From Nitrospinota bacterium (GTDB lineage: Bacteria > UBA8248): a stretch of DNA of 37,281 nt. The DNA lies in NCBI GenBank assembly GCA_036231405.1, contig JAZAHK010000038.1, positions 1 to 37,281 on the forward strand, written 5' to 3'. Under the pieces are notes generated by a model, which worked only from the letters and a program-made list of their open reading frames with translations, was not told the DNA's origin and ran no database searches. Below are positions 1 through 8,904 of the stretch, piece after piece. The translations under genes were made by a program, and so were the position numbers. The stretch's first letter is position 1. Every line of letters starts with the position of its first letter.

Positions 1-207
1 AATGGCAGCGTTTCTAGTCAGAGCTTTGAGTTTAGATTCCCAAAATCAACAGGATCGATTCATAGATGATGATAGTTCGATTTTTGAACCTCAAATCGAA
101 ACTCTGTATGATCACGGCGTTACTTCTGGTTGCACTGTCAACAAATTTTGCCCTGATGACCCTGTTACACGAGGTCAAATGGCAGCGTTTCTAGTCAGAG
201 CTTTGAG
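1..207 (+). repeat. Exact 30-bp direct repeat (1-30 and 178-207; 177-bp / 59-codon period) within the SLH gene
   Basis: aatggcagcgtttctagtcagagctttgag occurs identically at both positions, in frame. Confidence 0.95.
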
Positions 208-217
208 CATTTTATAG
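2..217 (+). CDS. C-terminal part of an S-layer homology (SLH) repeat protein, 5' truncated by the window edge
   Basis: Translation FIDDDSSIFEPQIETLYDHGVTSGC..FCPDDPVTRGQMAAFLVRAL matches the SLH pattern (F.D...I..L...G+..G...F.P...+TR.Q.A.FL.R). The tail of the previous repeat (MAAFLVRALS) is at the window start. Confidence 0.88.
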   Translation: MAAFLVRALSLDSQNQQDRFIDDDSSIFEPQIETLYDHGVTSGCTVNKFCPDDPVTRGQMAAFLVRALSIL

Positions 218-612
218 ATGATTACTTCTTTTTGTCGTGCCAATGTTTTAGCTTTTGAATCTGAAGGTTTGTATTTTTCTGGTGATATTAAAAAGTCCGA
301 AGGAAAAATCGACCGGGTCATTGAATTTGATTCGCACGCTCCTGTCTATCATGAAATGCTTACGATCAGTCTTGAAAATACTGGAAGATATGACGATGCT
401 TTTTTAGAGTTCGAAAAAAATGCTTAGCTGCAACCAGGCGTCTCAAAAGCATCTTTCAGGAGAGCTTAGTCGGCTTTCGGTTTAGGTAATTATGATGTTA
501 CAGAAGAGTGGTTTCTGAAAGTAGCGAATACAACTCATACAGTCCTAATGTAATGCTCGAAGTAGCAGGGTTTTACATTGATATGAGTAAAAAGGAAAAG
601 GCTAGTTTATGA
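218..612 (+). pseudogene. Decayed fragment paralogous to the TPR C-terminus of the adjacent ligase/OTase-like protein
   Basis: RANVLAFESE...APVY...AFLEFEKNA*LQPG...A*SAFGLG...EW, then after a 1-nt frameshift near 525 EYNSYSPNVMLEVAGFY...KEKASL*. This aligns colinearly with RANGAAFKGE...VPIY...AFLEFERAAQLGPG...AHSAIRLG...QW...EHDPFNPNVVLEVVGFY...KQESL of 609..2690. In-frame TAG at 425-427 and 467-469. Confidence 0.85.
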
Positions 613-2690
613 AAAGTAGAAAGAGAGATTCTGGAATAGGTTTTTCAGTATCACCTACTGAAGACAGAATTCTTTCTGTCGCTTTGACCTTGTTGATAGT
701 CGTAACTCCAACAGTTTTTTACAGGTCGATTTATTACACCTTTTATTTGCCTCAACTAACAGTTTTTTGGGTTTTGGGTTTATTCATATTCCTAATTTTT
801 CTTTACAAAGTTTTGGTGTCAAGAGATGTTTACAAATTACCTATTCCTGTTTTTACTGTTGTTCTGTTTTTTGTTTTAAGTCTGGTATTAGTCTCAATCT
901 TTTCTGAGCAAACTTGGCAATCTTTAACAGGTTTAAATGCAAGGGGTGCAGGAACTTTCAGTTACTTATTGTGCATAAGTATTTTTCTCACGATTTTTCA
1001 ACTTGGTCAAAAAAAGTCTCTAGTTTTTCTCTCCAATGCATTTATTTGCACTCATATTATTGTGTCTACTTACGCGGTGTTGCAGAAGTTTGAACTAGAT
1101 CCAATTTCGTGGGGATTAGACGCGCAAGCAACAGGAAGTGAAATATTTTCTACTTTAGGTAATTCGAACTTTTCAGCAGGCTATCTTGTCTCTACGTTTC
1201 CTCTGTTAGTTTGGGCGACATTTTCTACTAATTTCTCAAAGATAATTAGGGTTTTTTTTGGTTTCAGCTTGGGTATCTCTTCTTTGGCATTGGTCTATTT
1301 AGACACAGCACAAGGTGATGTAGCCGCACTTTTAACTTTTATACCTGTTGCTAATTGGGTTTTTTCTCGTCATTCAAACAGATTGTTTGTAGCTATTTTG
1401 ACAGTTTCACCAGTTGTCTTAACTTGTTGTTTTTTACCTTTATTGTCATCAAGCAGTGAACTCAGATTTCCATTCATTTATGTTCTCATCACAGCTACGT
1501 CAGCGTATTTCGGTGATTTTTTGGATAGGAACTATGAGAAAGCAGATTTTTCTGAAGTATTTAACAAAAAAGTTTTCTTTAATTTCTGTTTTGGGACCTT
1601 ATTTTTGCTTGTTTCAGTAGCTATTTATTTTTTCTGGGAGCGTATAAATGATGGATTAAAAAGTGGTTTATACCAGAGACTTGAGTACTGGAAGTCTGCA
1701 TTCGGAGTTTTTTCTGAGAATATTTTCTTTGGTACGGGTTTGGAAACATTTGGTTCCCATTTCGCCGCGTATAGATCCTTAGAGCATGCCGTTGAATGGC
1801 CAACTGTGCTTACAGATTCAACGCACAGTGTTCCTATAGGTTTTCTTAGCAATGGAGGGCTCGTCTTAACCTTTGCCTATGTTTCTATTCAATGTGTCGT
1901 TGCTTTTTTTGGTTTCAAAGCTGTAAAAAAATCTGAGTCTTCGAAAGGCTATTATTTGGGAATTTTAGTTGCCTGGTCTTGTTACCATTTACAGTCATCC
2001 GTTTCAATTGATACCACAGGTCTAATTTACATTCAGTGGATTCTCGGTGGAATTCTTTTGCATGGCGGTGTATCTAATTCTGTTCGCGTCACTAATCCAA
2101 AATTCTTTAGGTCTTCAGGAAGTAAAAAATATCTTCAACGTAAAGGTTTGGCTTTAGGGGCAGTTCTTCTGCTTGTTTTTGTATTTTCGATGGGACCGAT
2201 AACAGCTCCTATACGAGCTAATGGTGCAGCTTTTAAAGGTGAATCTTTTTTTAACGAAGGGAACTATGAACAGGCAAAAACTTATACTTCAAAGGCTGTA
2301 AACCTTCAGTCAAGGGTTCCAATTTACGCTAAGACTTTGGCGGTTATTTACGAGTATACAGCGCAACCTGAAGCTGCTTTTTTAGAATTTGAACGCGCTG
2401 CTCAACTAGGCCCAGGGTTGACTTCGTACGCGATTGATGCTGCACACTCGGCCATTCGTCTTGGGAAAATCGATTTAGCACAACAATGGTATGAAAATGC
2501 TTTAGAGCATGACCCCTTCAATCCTAATGTTGTTCTTGAGGTTGTAGGTTTTTATGCATCAAATAATAGGAAGCAAGAGTCCTTAGAGCTATTGGCAACT
2601 TTTGAAGAATTAGATTCTCCTTGGGCTCATCATTGGTTATATGCCGAGAAAGTCTATGACTATTTTGGGGAGGAAATGAAAGCAAATTGA
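609..2690 (+). CDS. O-antigen ligase / O-oligosaccharyltransferase-like (Wzy_C) polytopic membrane protein with C-terminal TPR repeats
   Basis: Many hydrophobic segments; motifs STLGNSNFSAGYL, QRLEYWKSA...FFGTGLETF and DSTHS (conserved His loop) typical of Wzy_C proteins; helical TPR-like tail. Confidence 0.85.
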   Translation: MKSRKRDSGIGFSVSPTEDRILSVALTLLIVVTPTVFYRSIYYTFYLPQLTVFWVLGLFIFLIFLYKVLVSRDVYKLPIPVFTVVLFFVLSLVLVSIFSEQTWQSLTGLNARGAGTFSYLLCISIFLTIFQLGQKKSLVFLSNAFICTHIIVSTYAVLQKFELDPISWGLDAQATGSEIFSTLGNSNFSAGYLVSTFPLLVWATFSTNFSKIIRVFFGFSLGISSLALVYLDTAQGDVAALLTFIPVANWVFSRHSNRLFVAILTVSPVVLTCCFLPLLSSSSELRFPFIYVLITATSAYFGDFLDRNYEKADFSEVFNKKVFFNFCFGTLFLLVSVAIYFFWERINDGLKSGLYQRLEYWKSAFGVFSENIFFGTGLETFGSHFAAYRSLEHAVEWPTVLTDSTHSVPIGFLSNGGLVLTFAYVSIQCVVAFFGFKAVKKSESSKGYYLGILVAWSCYHLQSSVSIDTTGLIYIQWILGGILLHGGVSNSVRVTNPKFFRSSGSKKYLQRKGLALGAVLLLVFVFSMGPITAPIRANGAAFKGESFFNEGNYEQAKTYTSKAVNLQSRVPIYAKTLAVIYEYTAQPEAAFLEFERAAQLGPGLTSYAIDAAHSAIRLGKIDLAQQWYENALEHDPFNPNVVLEVVGFYASNNRKQESLELLATFEELDSPWAHHWLYAEKVYDYFGEEMKAN

Positions 2691-2847
2691 AGTATGGCTA
2701 ATACCTCTTTCAGCTATGACGTTTCTCAAATGTGCAATTAAACATGCAATCAAATCGAATTGAAGGATTGTTGAAAAGACTTTACTTGAATCTCCATCTC
2801 TTACATAAAAGGTTTTGCTTGTTGTCTATGACTAGTAATGTCCAATA

Positions 2848-3564
2848 GTGGTTATTTTTGCGTATAACTTTTTACATAAGAAAACACAGGACTTTTTGTT
2901 CTTATGTAAATATTTCGATTATGAAATAGAAGCTGTTATTGCAGCCGATTGGAGAGATCTAGGTTTCCCTGAAAGAATTTTTCGTACTGGGTTAAGACCG
3001 TTAGGTTTGATTGAGCCAAAAGAAATTTGTAAGAAATTTGGCTACAAGTTTTATGAAATGGGACATAATTCTCAAGAAGCAGTCGAATTGTTGTCGCAAC
3101 TAAAGCCAGAAGTTGGGATAATCTCGGGAGCGCGCATCCTTAAAGGGGATGTAATAAACAAATTCCAGAAGGGCATCATCAATTTTCATCCTGGTCTCAT
3201 CCCTGAAGTAAGAGGTCTTGATTGTCTCGAGTGGGCGATATACGACGAAAAGCCTCTAGGTGTTACGAGTCACATAATTGATGAAAAAATTGATGCTGGT
3301 TTGATTATAAAAAGATTTGAAATCGATGAATACGAGGATGACACGGTTCTCGATATTGGTGAGAGATTGCATCATGGACAACTTGTAATTTTTAATGAAT
3401 CAATTTCAATGCTTTGCAACAGTGATGATTTGAGCGAGTTCAGTCATGTCGATAGTGGTGCGAACTACTACAGAAGCTTTCCACCTGATTTTAAAAATGA
3501 ATTTGTAAGGAAATTTCAATCGCGTTTTCCGTTAAGCCAACAATTTCAAAATTCTACTTTTTGA
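2848..3564 (+). CDS. Formyltransferase family protein (likely nucleotide-sugar N-formyltransferase)
   Basis: IINFHPGLIP..RG and GVTSHIIDEKIDAG motifs (Asn/His/Asp of N10-formyl-THF transferases); glycan-cluster context; GTG start uncertain. Confidence 0.82.
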   Translation: MVIFAYNFLHKKTQDFLFLCKYFDYEIEAVIAADWRDLGFPERIFRTGLRPLGLIEPKEICKKFGYKFYEMGHNSQEAVELLSQLKPEVGIISGARILKGDVINKFQKGIINFHPGLIPEVRGLDCLEWAIYDEKPLGVTSHIIDEKIDAGLIIKRFEIDEYEDDTVLDIGERLHHGQLVIFNESISMLCNSDDLSEFSHVDSGANYYRSFPPDFKNEFVRKFQSRFPLSQQFQNSTF

Positions 3565-4928
3565 TCTGAACCTTTTCGTTTCAGTTTCATTTTTTTTTGG
3601 AATTTTTCCAAACCTAAACCTGCAAAAAACATTAAACCCCATAATAATTCGCCCCTATGTCTAAATGCAGTTCCAAAGTTTCCTTCAATTAAACCCCACG
3701 ATACTGCAAGACCTGTAATAGCAAGAGCTATATAGAGGACCTCTGTATTTCTTTTCAACAAGTAGCTGCTGCCATATAGAGCGAATACAAGGACTGGGTA
3801 CCAGAGAATATTTTCAAGGAAAGGAGGTATTAGAGAGTTACTCTTGTGCAATTGATTAGGAAGGGGGTCTATTAGCATTACTCGAAGACCTTTTGGTAGG
3901 TACTTTATGTGAGCCGCAAAGCTATTGTCGTATGCTTCTGGTATGTCTTCTTGCTTTAGGCGGCAGGGTTCGATAGCTTTCAAATACTCGGGATCAAACT
4001 CTTGATTCACATATTCAACATTTTCAACTGGCATGCCAGAAAATATTAAATTAGTTGCATCGAAGCAAGCGCTGTCTAAATTTTTATCGTATTTGATAGC
4101 GGGTTCAACCAGAAAAGTGTCGGCTTGCGCGGCGCCGGCGGCTCTTTGAGTTGCAAAATCTCTGAGACCAAGAATGTTAGAACCAGCTATACCTACGTTA
4201 GAAATCAGAGGAATAAAAAGAAAACATAGAAGTGCTATTGAGATTCTTACAAAATGAAGCGCTATTGAGATGTTTGCAAAATGTTTTGTTCTAGAAGTTA
4301 GAGAAAGTGCTATTAAGAGTGCAATCATTGCTGTAACTAATGTGTGGCTACGTATATGCCCTAAATATAGAGATACCAGTACAAGAGCTGAGGCACCTAA
4401 TAAAACCCCTTGAATATTTTTTGTTTTTGTCCAGTGAAGAATGATTAAAGCAATAGCTATAAGCCCCATCCAAGAGGCAGAGTCTCTTAGAACGAGAGAG
4501 GACCATAGAATTTGTGATGGCCAGAGGGCGCTTAGAAGACCAGAAAAGACAGCTATTTTAAGCGAGGTGTGATTTCTGAGTAGTGCTGTAATTGAAAGCG
4601 GGATTAGAGATCCCGCCACCACAGAGAGTAATTGAGGAATAAATGGTTGGAATCCAAAAATTTTAAATAGCAGAACTGAGGGATAGTAAAAAGCTATATG
4701 AATATTCCAGTAGCTGTTCATTTCTGAAGTCCATAGTTCCTCCGGACGGCCATCATTATTAATTTTTAGAACTGTTAGATAGCCGCAGTCATCGTCAAAT
4801 AAGCAGTTGTCATAAAAAATTGCAACTATTAAAGCAGTTGCAAATCTGACTAAGAAAGCTAAAGAGAAAACATAAAGAAGTGGGTTTTCCAGAACTTTTT
4901 CAAAAATAGATGTTTTACAAATTTTCAC
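3546..4928 (-). CDS. GT-C fold polytopic membrane glycosyltransferase / polymerase-like protein
   Basis: About 10-11 hydrophobic segments; acidic DDD..Y after the first TM; P...LWS...LRD motif; large external loop; C-terminal EGNFGTAFRHR. Its 3' end overlaps the convergent formyltransferase by 19 nt. Confidence 0.7.
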   Translation of the reverse strand: MKICKTSIFEKVLENPLLYVFSLAFLVRFATALIVAIFYDNCLFDDDCGYLTVLKINNDGRPEELWTSEMNSYWNIHIAFYYPSVLLFKIFGFQPFIPQLLSVVAGSLIPLSITALLRNHTSLKIAVFSGLLSALWPSQILWSSLVLRDSASWMGLIAIALIILHWTKTKNIQGVLLGASALVLVSLYLGHIRSHTLVTAMIALLIALSLTSRTKHFANISIALHFVRISIALLCFLFIPLISNVGIAGSNILGLRDFATQRAAGAAQADTFLVEPAIKYDKNLDSACFDATNLIFSGMPVENVEYVNQEFDPEYLKAIEPCRLKQEDIPEAYDNSFAAHIKYLPKGLRVMLIDPLPNQLHKSNSLIPPFLENILWYPVLVFALYGSSYLLKRNTEVLYIALAITGLAVSWGLIEGNFGTAFRHRGELLWGLMFFAGLGLEKFQKKMKLKRKGSDQKVEF

Positions 4929-4983
4929 TAGAGCTCATTTCTTGATTTATAACTCTGGAAGCCAATATGGAAAGGTTAGTCCT

Positions 4984-6126
4984 TTATGCTTTGTTGGTGG
5001 TTTCTCGTTTGATCGTAAAGTCATAAATAGAACACAGGTTGTCAACTATTTGTTCGATAGAAAAATTTTTCAAGAATTGCTTATGTCCGTTTTCTGCTAT
5101 TTCTTTTGCGTATTCGGGATCTTCGAGTAATTTACAGATAGCTTCTGCGAGTCCTGTCGAGTCATTGATAGGCACTGTAAGGCCAGAGATTTTGTTAGTT
5201 ATTGCAACTTCTAGGTCTTCGATTGCAAATCCAATTACTGGTTTAGACAGTGATTGTGCTTCGAGAACTGTTACGCCGACAAAACCTTCACTAACCCCAG
5301 GGCGGACGTAGATATCGGTGGCCGAAAGTATTTCTTTTATGTCTTGTCTTTCTCCCATTAGAGTAACATTTTCCACTAAATTTTTTTTATCAATTAATTC
5401 TTGCAGTTCACTTTTTAAAGGCCCACCTCCCACAATCAAAAAATGTGATTCAGGGTTATGTTTAAGAACTTGACTAGCAGCGTTTATGAAAAGATGGTGA
5501 CTTTTTGATTCTGATAAACGCCCAATGGTAGTAATAAGATTTTTCTGGTTATTTATGCCAAATGATTTTTTTATTTCCGCTGATTCTTCTTTTGAACTAG
5601 CTTTATACACCTCGACGCCTACAACAGAAGCTTCAAAAAGTTCTTGGTTGTTACTCTTTACCTTATCTATTACTTTTCTTATGGCGGGAGAAGTGACAAT
5701 GACCGTGTCAGCTCCAAAGAGTGTTAATTTTGCTCTCAAGTTTGTATTAAGACTTGTTTCATTTTCATATTTGTTGTGAAGCCCCATCAAACTTGCGACT
5801 ATCTTCGGATTTGTTTTTTTACTACATAAGAGACTTGTTAACCAGCAGAGTAAACCAGCTTTAGCGGAAAAGATATGAACAATGTCTACCTTCGGCAGAT
5901 AATTTCTTATCTTTATAATGTCTTTGATGATTGCTTTAGGTGATTTAATTGACATTTTCAGATTAACTATTTGCACACCAAGAGGCTCTATTTGATCGTT
6001 TAAAACCCCTGGTCTTGCGGCAACAGTAACCTCATGACCTTTATCAAGGAGTTCCTTTGAAAGTCGTTTAATATTTGTTTCAATGCCTCCAATATCAAGA
6101 CTTTCAGTCATTAGTAAAATTTTCAT
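4984..6126 (-). CDS. Glycosyltransferase family 4 (GT-B)
   Basis: MKILL...GGIE N-terminus; IGRLSESK; EGFVGVTVLEA (E-x8-E variant of the GT4 motif). Confidence 0.9.
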   Translation of the reverse strand: MKILLMTESLDIGGIETNIKRLSKELLDKGHEVTVAARPGVLNDQIEPLGVQIVNLKMSIKSPKAIIKDIIKIRNYLPKVDIVHIFSAKAGLLCWLTSLLCSKKTNPKIVASLMGLHNKYENETSLNTNLRAKLTLFGADTVIVTSPAIRKVIDKVKSNNQELFEASVVGVEVYKASSKEESAEIKKSFGINNQKNLITTIGRLSESKSHHLFINAASQVLKHNPESHFLIVGGGPLKSELQELIDKKNLVENVTLMGERQDIKEILSATDIYVRPGVSEGFVGVTVLEAQSLSKPVIGFAIEDLEVAITNKISGLTVPINDSTGLAEAICKLLEDPEYAKEIAENGHKQFLKNFSIEQIVDNLCSIYDFTIKRETTNKA

Positions 6127-6169
6127 TAGAATGTATTTATCATTTTTATTTGTAAAAATATTTCACGGC

Positions 6170-6198
6170 TTGTACGGGAAAAAGCTTATAGGTAAGAC
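6170..6198 (+). promoter_or_regulatory. Possible sigma70-like promoter for the long plus-strand operon, in the divergent gap 6127-6235
   Basis: TTGTAC-N17-TAAGAC; AAGGA upstream of the TTG at 6236; small inverted repeat ATTTTTA-tttg-TAAAAAT at 6142-6159. Weak match only. Confidence 0.25.
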
Positions 6199-6235
6199 AC
6201 AGCTAGATGGTTAATTAGACAAGGAACTGACCCAA

Positions 6236-6847
6236 TTGACTGAAAATTTTATTCATGATTCAGCTGAAATCCATTCAGATTCTCGGCTAGGTAGCAACTG
6301 TTACATTTGGCATTTTGTTCATATACGTGAAGATGTCATTGTTGGATCAGATTGTGTTTTCGGTCGCGGTGTTTACATTGGACCAGGTGTCGAGGTCGGC
6401 AATGCTGTAAAAATTCAAAATTATGCGTTAATTTATCAGCCGGCAGTTATTGAAGACTTTGTTTTTGTCGGTCCAGGAGCAATCATTACAAATGATAGAT
6501 TTCCTCGGTCAACTAATGAACATGGATCGCTTAAAGACGAAGATGATTGGAATATCGAAGGAGTTCGACTTCAGAAAGGTTCTTCAATAGGAGCCCAAGC
6601 AATTATATTAGCTGGAGTAGATGTTGGGGCATGGGCAATGGTTGGAGCTGGAGCGCTAGTGAGTAAGCCAGTTCCAGACTTTGCTCTAGTAGCAGGTAGC
6701 CCTGCTCGTCAGATTGGTTGGGTAGGTAAATCTGGTAAGAAATTGATTAGAGAAAAAGATTTCTGGATCTGTCCAAATAGCAAAGAAGTATATTTTGAAA
6801 AAGATGGCCAACTCTTTCTCTCTTCTGGAAAAATGAGTGAGTCTTAG
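6236..6847 (+). CDS. wbpD: Hexapeptide-repeat N-acetyltransferase, WbpD/WlbB-like (UDP-GlcNAc3NA acetyltransferase)
   Basis: Left-handed beta-helix repeats; WHF.H, VKIQN, TND.FPRS, G.PARQIGWV motifs; adjacent to wbpE/wbpB/wbpA-like genes. Confidence 0.85.
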   Translation: MTENFIHDSAEIHSDSRLGSNCYIWHFVHIREDVIVGSDCVFGRGVYIGPGVEVGNAVKIQNYALIYQPAVIEDFVFVGPGAIITNDRFPRSTNEHGSLKDEDDWNIEGVRLQKGSSIGAQAIILAGVDVGAWAMVGAGALVSKPVPDFALVAGSPARQIGWVGKSGKKLIREKDFWICPNSKEVYFEKDGQLFLSSGKMSES

Positions 6848-6851
6848 TCAC

Positions 6852-7907
6852 ATGATTTCACTTGCAAACCCAATTATCGGCCAAGAAGAGAGAGACGCCA
6901 TAGCAAAGGTGATAGATTCTGGACAGTTAGTTCAGGGTAAAGAAGTAGAAGCTTTCGAATCAGAATTTTCTGAAATTTTTGAAGGTCTTCATTGCGTGGC
7001 TTTAAATTCTGGCACTTCATCTTTGCATCTTGGTTTACTGGCTTCGGGCGTCGGGAAAGGAGATGAAGTAATAGTTCCTTCTTTTACCTTTGCAGCTACC
7101 GCTAATGCAGTTGCATTAACAGGAGCGGTACCAGTTTTTGCCGATATAGATCCAGATACTTTCTGTATAAGTACAAAATCAATTGAGTCATGTATCTCTA
7201 AACGAACTGCAGGAATCATGCCAGTTCATCTTTTCGGACACCCAGCCGATATGAGAGGTATCTGCAAATTAGCTGAAAAACATGGAATATCGGTGTTTGA
7301 AGATGCCGCCCAGGCTCATCTGTCTAGACTCGACGGCAAACTGGTAGGGACTTTTGGCGATTTTGCTGCTTTTAGTTTTTATCCAACAAAAAATATGACT
7401 ACTGGTGAAGGAGGTATGTTAGTTACCAAAAACATTGAAACCGCTAGAAAAGTTAAACTTTTAAGAAATCAAGGAATGGAAGTCCCTTATCAAAATGAGA
7501 TTATCGGATTTAACAATAGGATGACTGAGATAGCTGCAGCGATGGGTAGGGTGCAGTTGAAAAAACTTCCAGAATTTAATCGTTTAAGAATAGAAAATGC
7601 TGAGAGTTTTAATTCAAGATTGCTGGGGGTGGTCACACCTTTTGTAGCTGAAGGTGCAAATCATGTGTATCACCAATACACGGTTAGGGTGGAGAATCGC
7701 TCGAACTTAGAGGCAAGGTTATATAAAAGTGGAATTGGATTTGGTATTTATTACAAAACTCCAGTTCATCAGTTCCCGTCGTATGATGAAATTTTAGATT
7801 TACCCGAAACTGAAAAAGCAGCAGCAGAAGTTATTTCTTTACCGGTTCATCCAAGTTTAACTGAAGCTCAAATTGACGAGATTGTAGAGGTGGTATCTCA
7901 TGCATGA
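6852..7907 (+). CDS. wbpE: DegT/DnrJ/EryC1/StrS PLP aminotransferase, WbpE/WlbC-like
   Basis: SGTSSL, EDAAQAH, SFYPTKNMTTGEGG (PLP Lys). ATG at 6852 preferred over GTG at 6837. Confidence 0.88.
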   Translation: MISLANPIIGQEERDAIAKVIDSGQLVQGKEVEAFESEFSEIFEGLHCVALNSGTSSLHLGLLASGVGKGDEVIVPSFTFAATANAVALTGAVPVFADIDPDTFCISTKSIESCISKRTAGIMPVHLFGHPADMRGICKLAEKHGISVFEDAAQAHLSRLDGKLVGTFGDFAAFSFYPTKNMTTGEGGMLVTKNIETARKVKLLRNQGMEVPYQNEIIGFNNRMTEIAAAMGRVQLKKLPEFNRLRIENAESFNSRLLGVVTPFVAEGANHVYHQYTVRVENRSNLEARLYKSGIGFGIYYKTPVHQFPSYDEILDLPETEKAAAEVISLPVHPSLTEAQIDEIVEVVSHA

Positions 7908-8904
7908 TCTTCGGGTTGGAATTCTTGGATTAGGACAGATGGGTAGGAACCATCTTCGAGTTTTCGAAATGCTAGAAGGAGTAAAGGTCGTTGCAGCAGG
8001 AGATTTAGCTGGAGATTCTGAAAAAGTGACCAAAGGTATTCCCTTGGTGAAAAATGCTGAAGAACTAATAGAACATAATCTCGATATGTGTGTAATAGCG
8101 ATACCAACAGTTGATCATCTCGAAGCAGCTCTTGTTATGGCAGATGCAGGGGTACACACCTTAATTGAAAAACCGATTACAAGTAACACTGTTGAAGCTG
8201 ACATCTTGATTGATGTTTTTCGAGAGTCTGGTCTTGTTTGTTGTGTCGGTCATGTAGAGAGATTTAACCCTGCAGTCAGCGAAATGAAGAAGCGTCTTTT
8301 AGAAGGGCAGTTAGGTGATGTATTTCAAATAGTTACCCGTCGACAAGGGCCCTTTGTTAACAGAGTCCGTGACGTAGGAGTGGTTAAAGATCTTGGAACA
8401 CATGATATTGATCTTTCAATGTGGTTAATAGATGACAGAATTTCTGCCGTTTCAGCACGAACTGCACACAGAATGGGAAGAGAGCATGAAGATTTGGCGG
8501 TTATAACTTCCCAGTTCCATAACGGCGTGATTGGAAATCACCTAGTTAATTGGATTAGCCCATTTAAAGATCGACTTGTGCAAGTAACGGGTGAAAAAGG
8601 CTGCTTTATAGCAGACACTATTAATGCTGATCTAACTTTGTGGGAAAAGGGTTCGATTCAAAGCGATTGGGATACTTTGCTGCATGCACGAGGCATTTCA
8701 GAAGGGAATGTGACCCGATTTGCTATAGAAAAACATGAACCTATATTTCTTGAAGCGCAAGCTTTCCGTGATGCAGTTTTGGGCTTACGCGACGACTGTG
8801 TAACTCTCGAAGAAGCAAGATTGGTCCTTCAGGTAGCTGAGTTATGTTTGCAATCCTCAGCTAAAGGTGAGACTGAGATAATTATCAATCAACCGGATTT
8901 ATGA
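7900..8904 (+). CDS. wbpB: Gfo/Idh/MocA oxidoreductase, WbpB/WlbA-like (UDP-GlcNAcA 3-dehydrogenase)
   Basis: GLGQMGRNH, IEKP, GHVERFNPA, DLGTHDID motifs; operon context. Confidence 0.85.
   Translation: MHDLRVGILGLGQMGRNHLRVFEMLEGVKVVAAGDLAGDSEKVTKGIPLVKNAEELIEHNLDMCVIAIPTVDHLEAALVMADAGVHTLIEKPITSNTVEADILIDVFRESGLVCCVGHVERFNPAVSEMKKRLLEGQLGDVFQIVTRRQGPFVNRVRDVGVVKDLGTHDIDLSMWLIDDRISAVSARTAHRMGREHEDLAVITSQFHNGVIGNHLVNWISPFKDRLVQVTGEKGCFIADTINADLTLWEKGSIQSDWDTLLHARGISEGNVTRFAIEKHEPIFLEAQAFRDAVLGLRDDCVTLEEARLVLQVAELCLQSSAKGETEIIINQPDL

Noticed and set aside
1-207. 30-bp direct repeat as a CRISPR array
   Set aside because: Only two copies, a 147-bp in-frame coding spacer, no palindrome and no cas genes; it is an SLH domain repeat.
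215-469. Three in-frame TAG codons suggesting amber recoding and an SLH-TPR fusion
   Set aside because: The relic also has a frameshift near 525, and TAG ends intact genes at their expected C-termini (e.g. 6847, 10205, 18115, 33783); decay is the simpler explanation.
609-2690. LPS O-antigen ligase WaaL of a Gram-negative host
   Set aside because: Flanking SLH and BccA-type genes point to an actinobacterium and no lipid A/core genes are present; not fully excluded without taxonomy.
2688-2847. Possible premature TGA or small RNA after the ligase gene (similarly after 27037)
   Set aside because: Read-through adds only about 17 unrecognisable residues and I see no convincing structure; cannot be supported without homologues.
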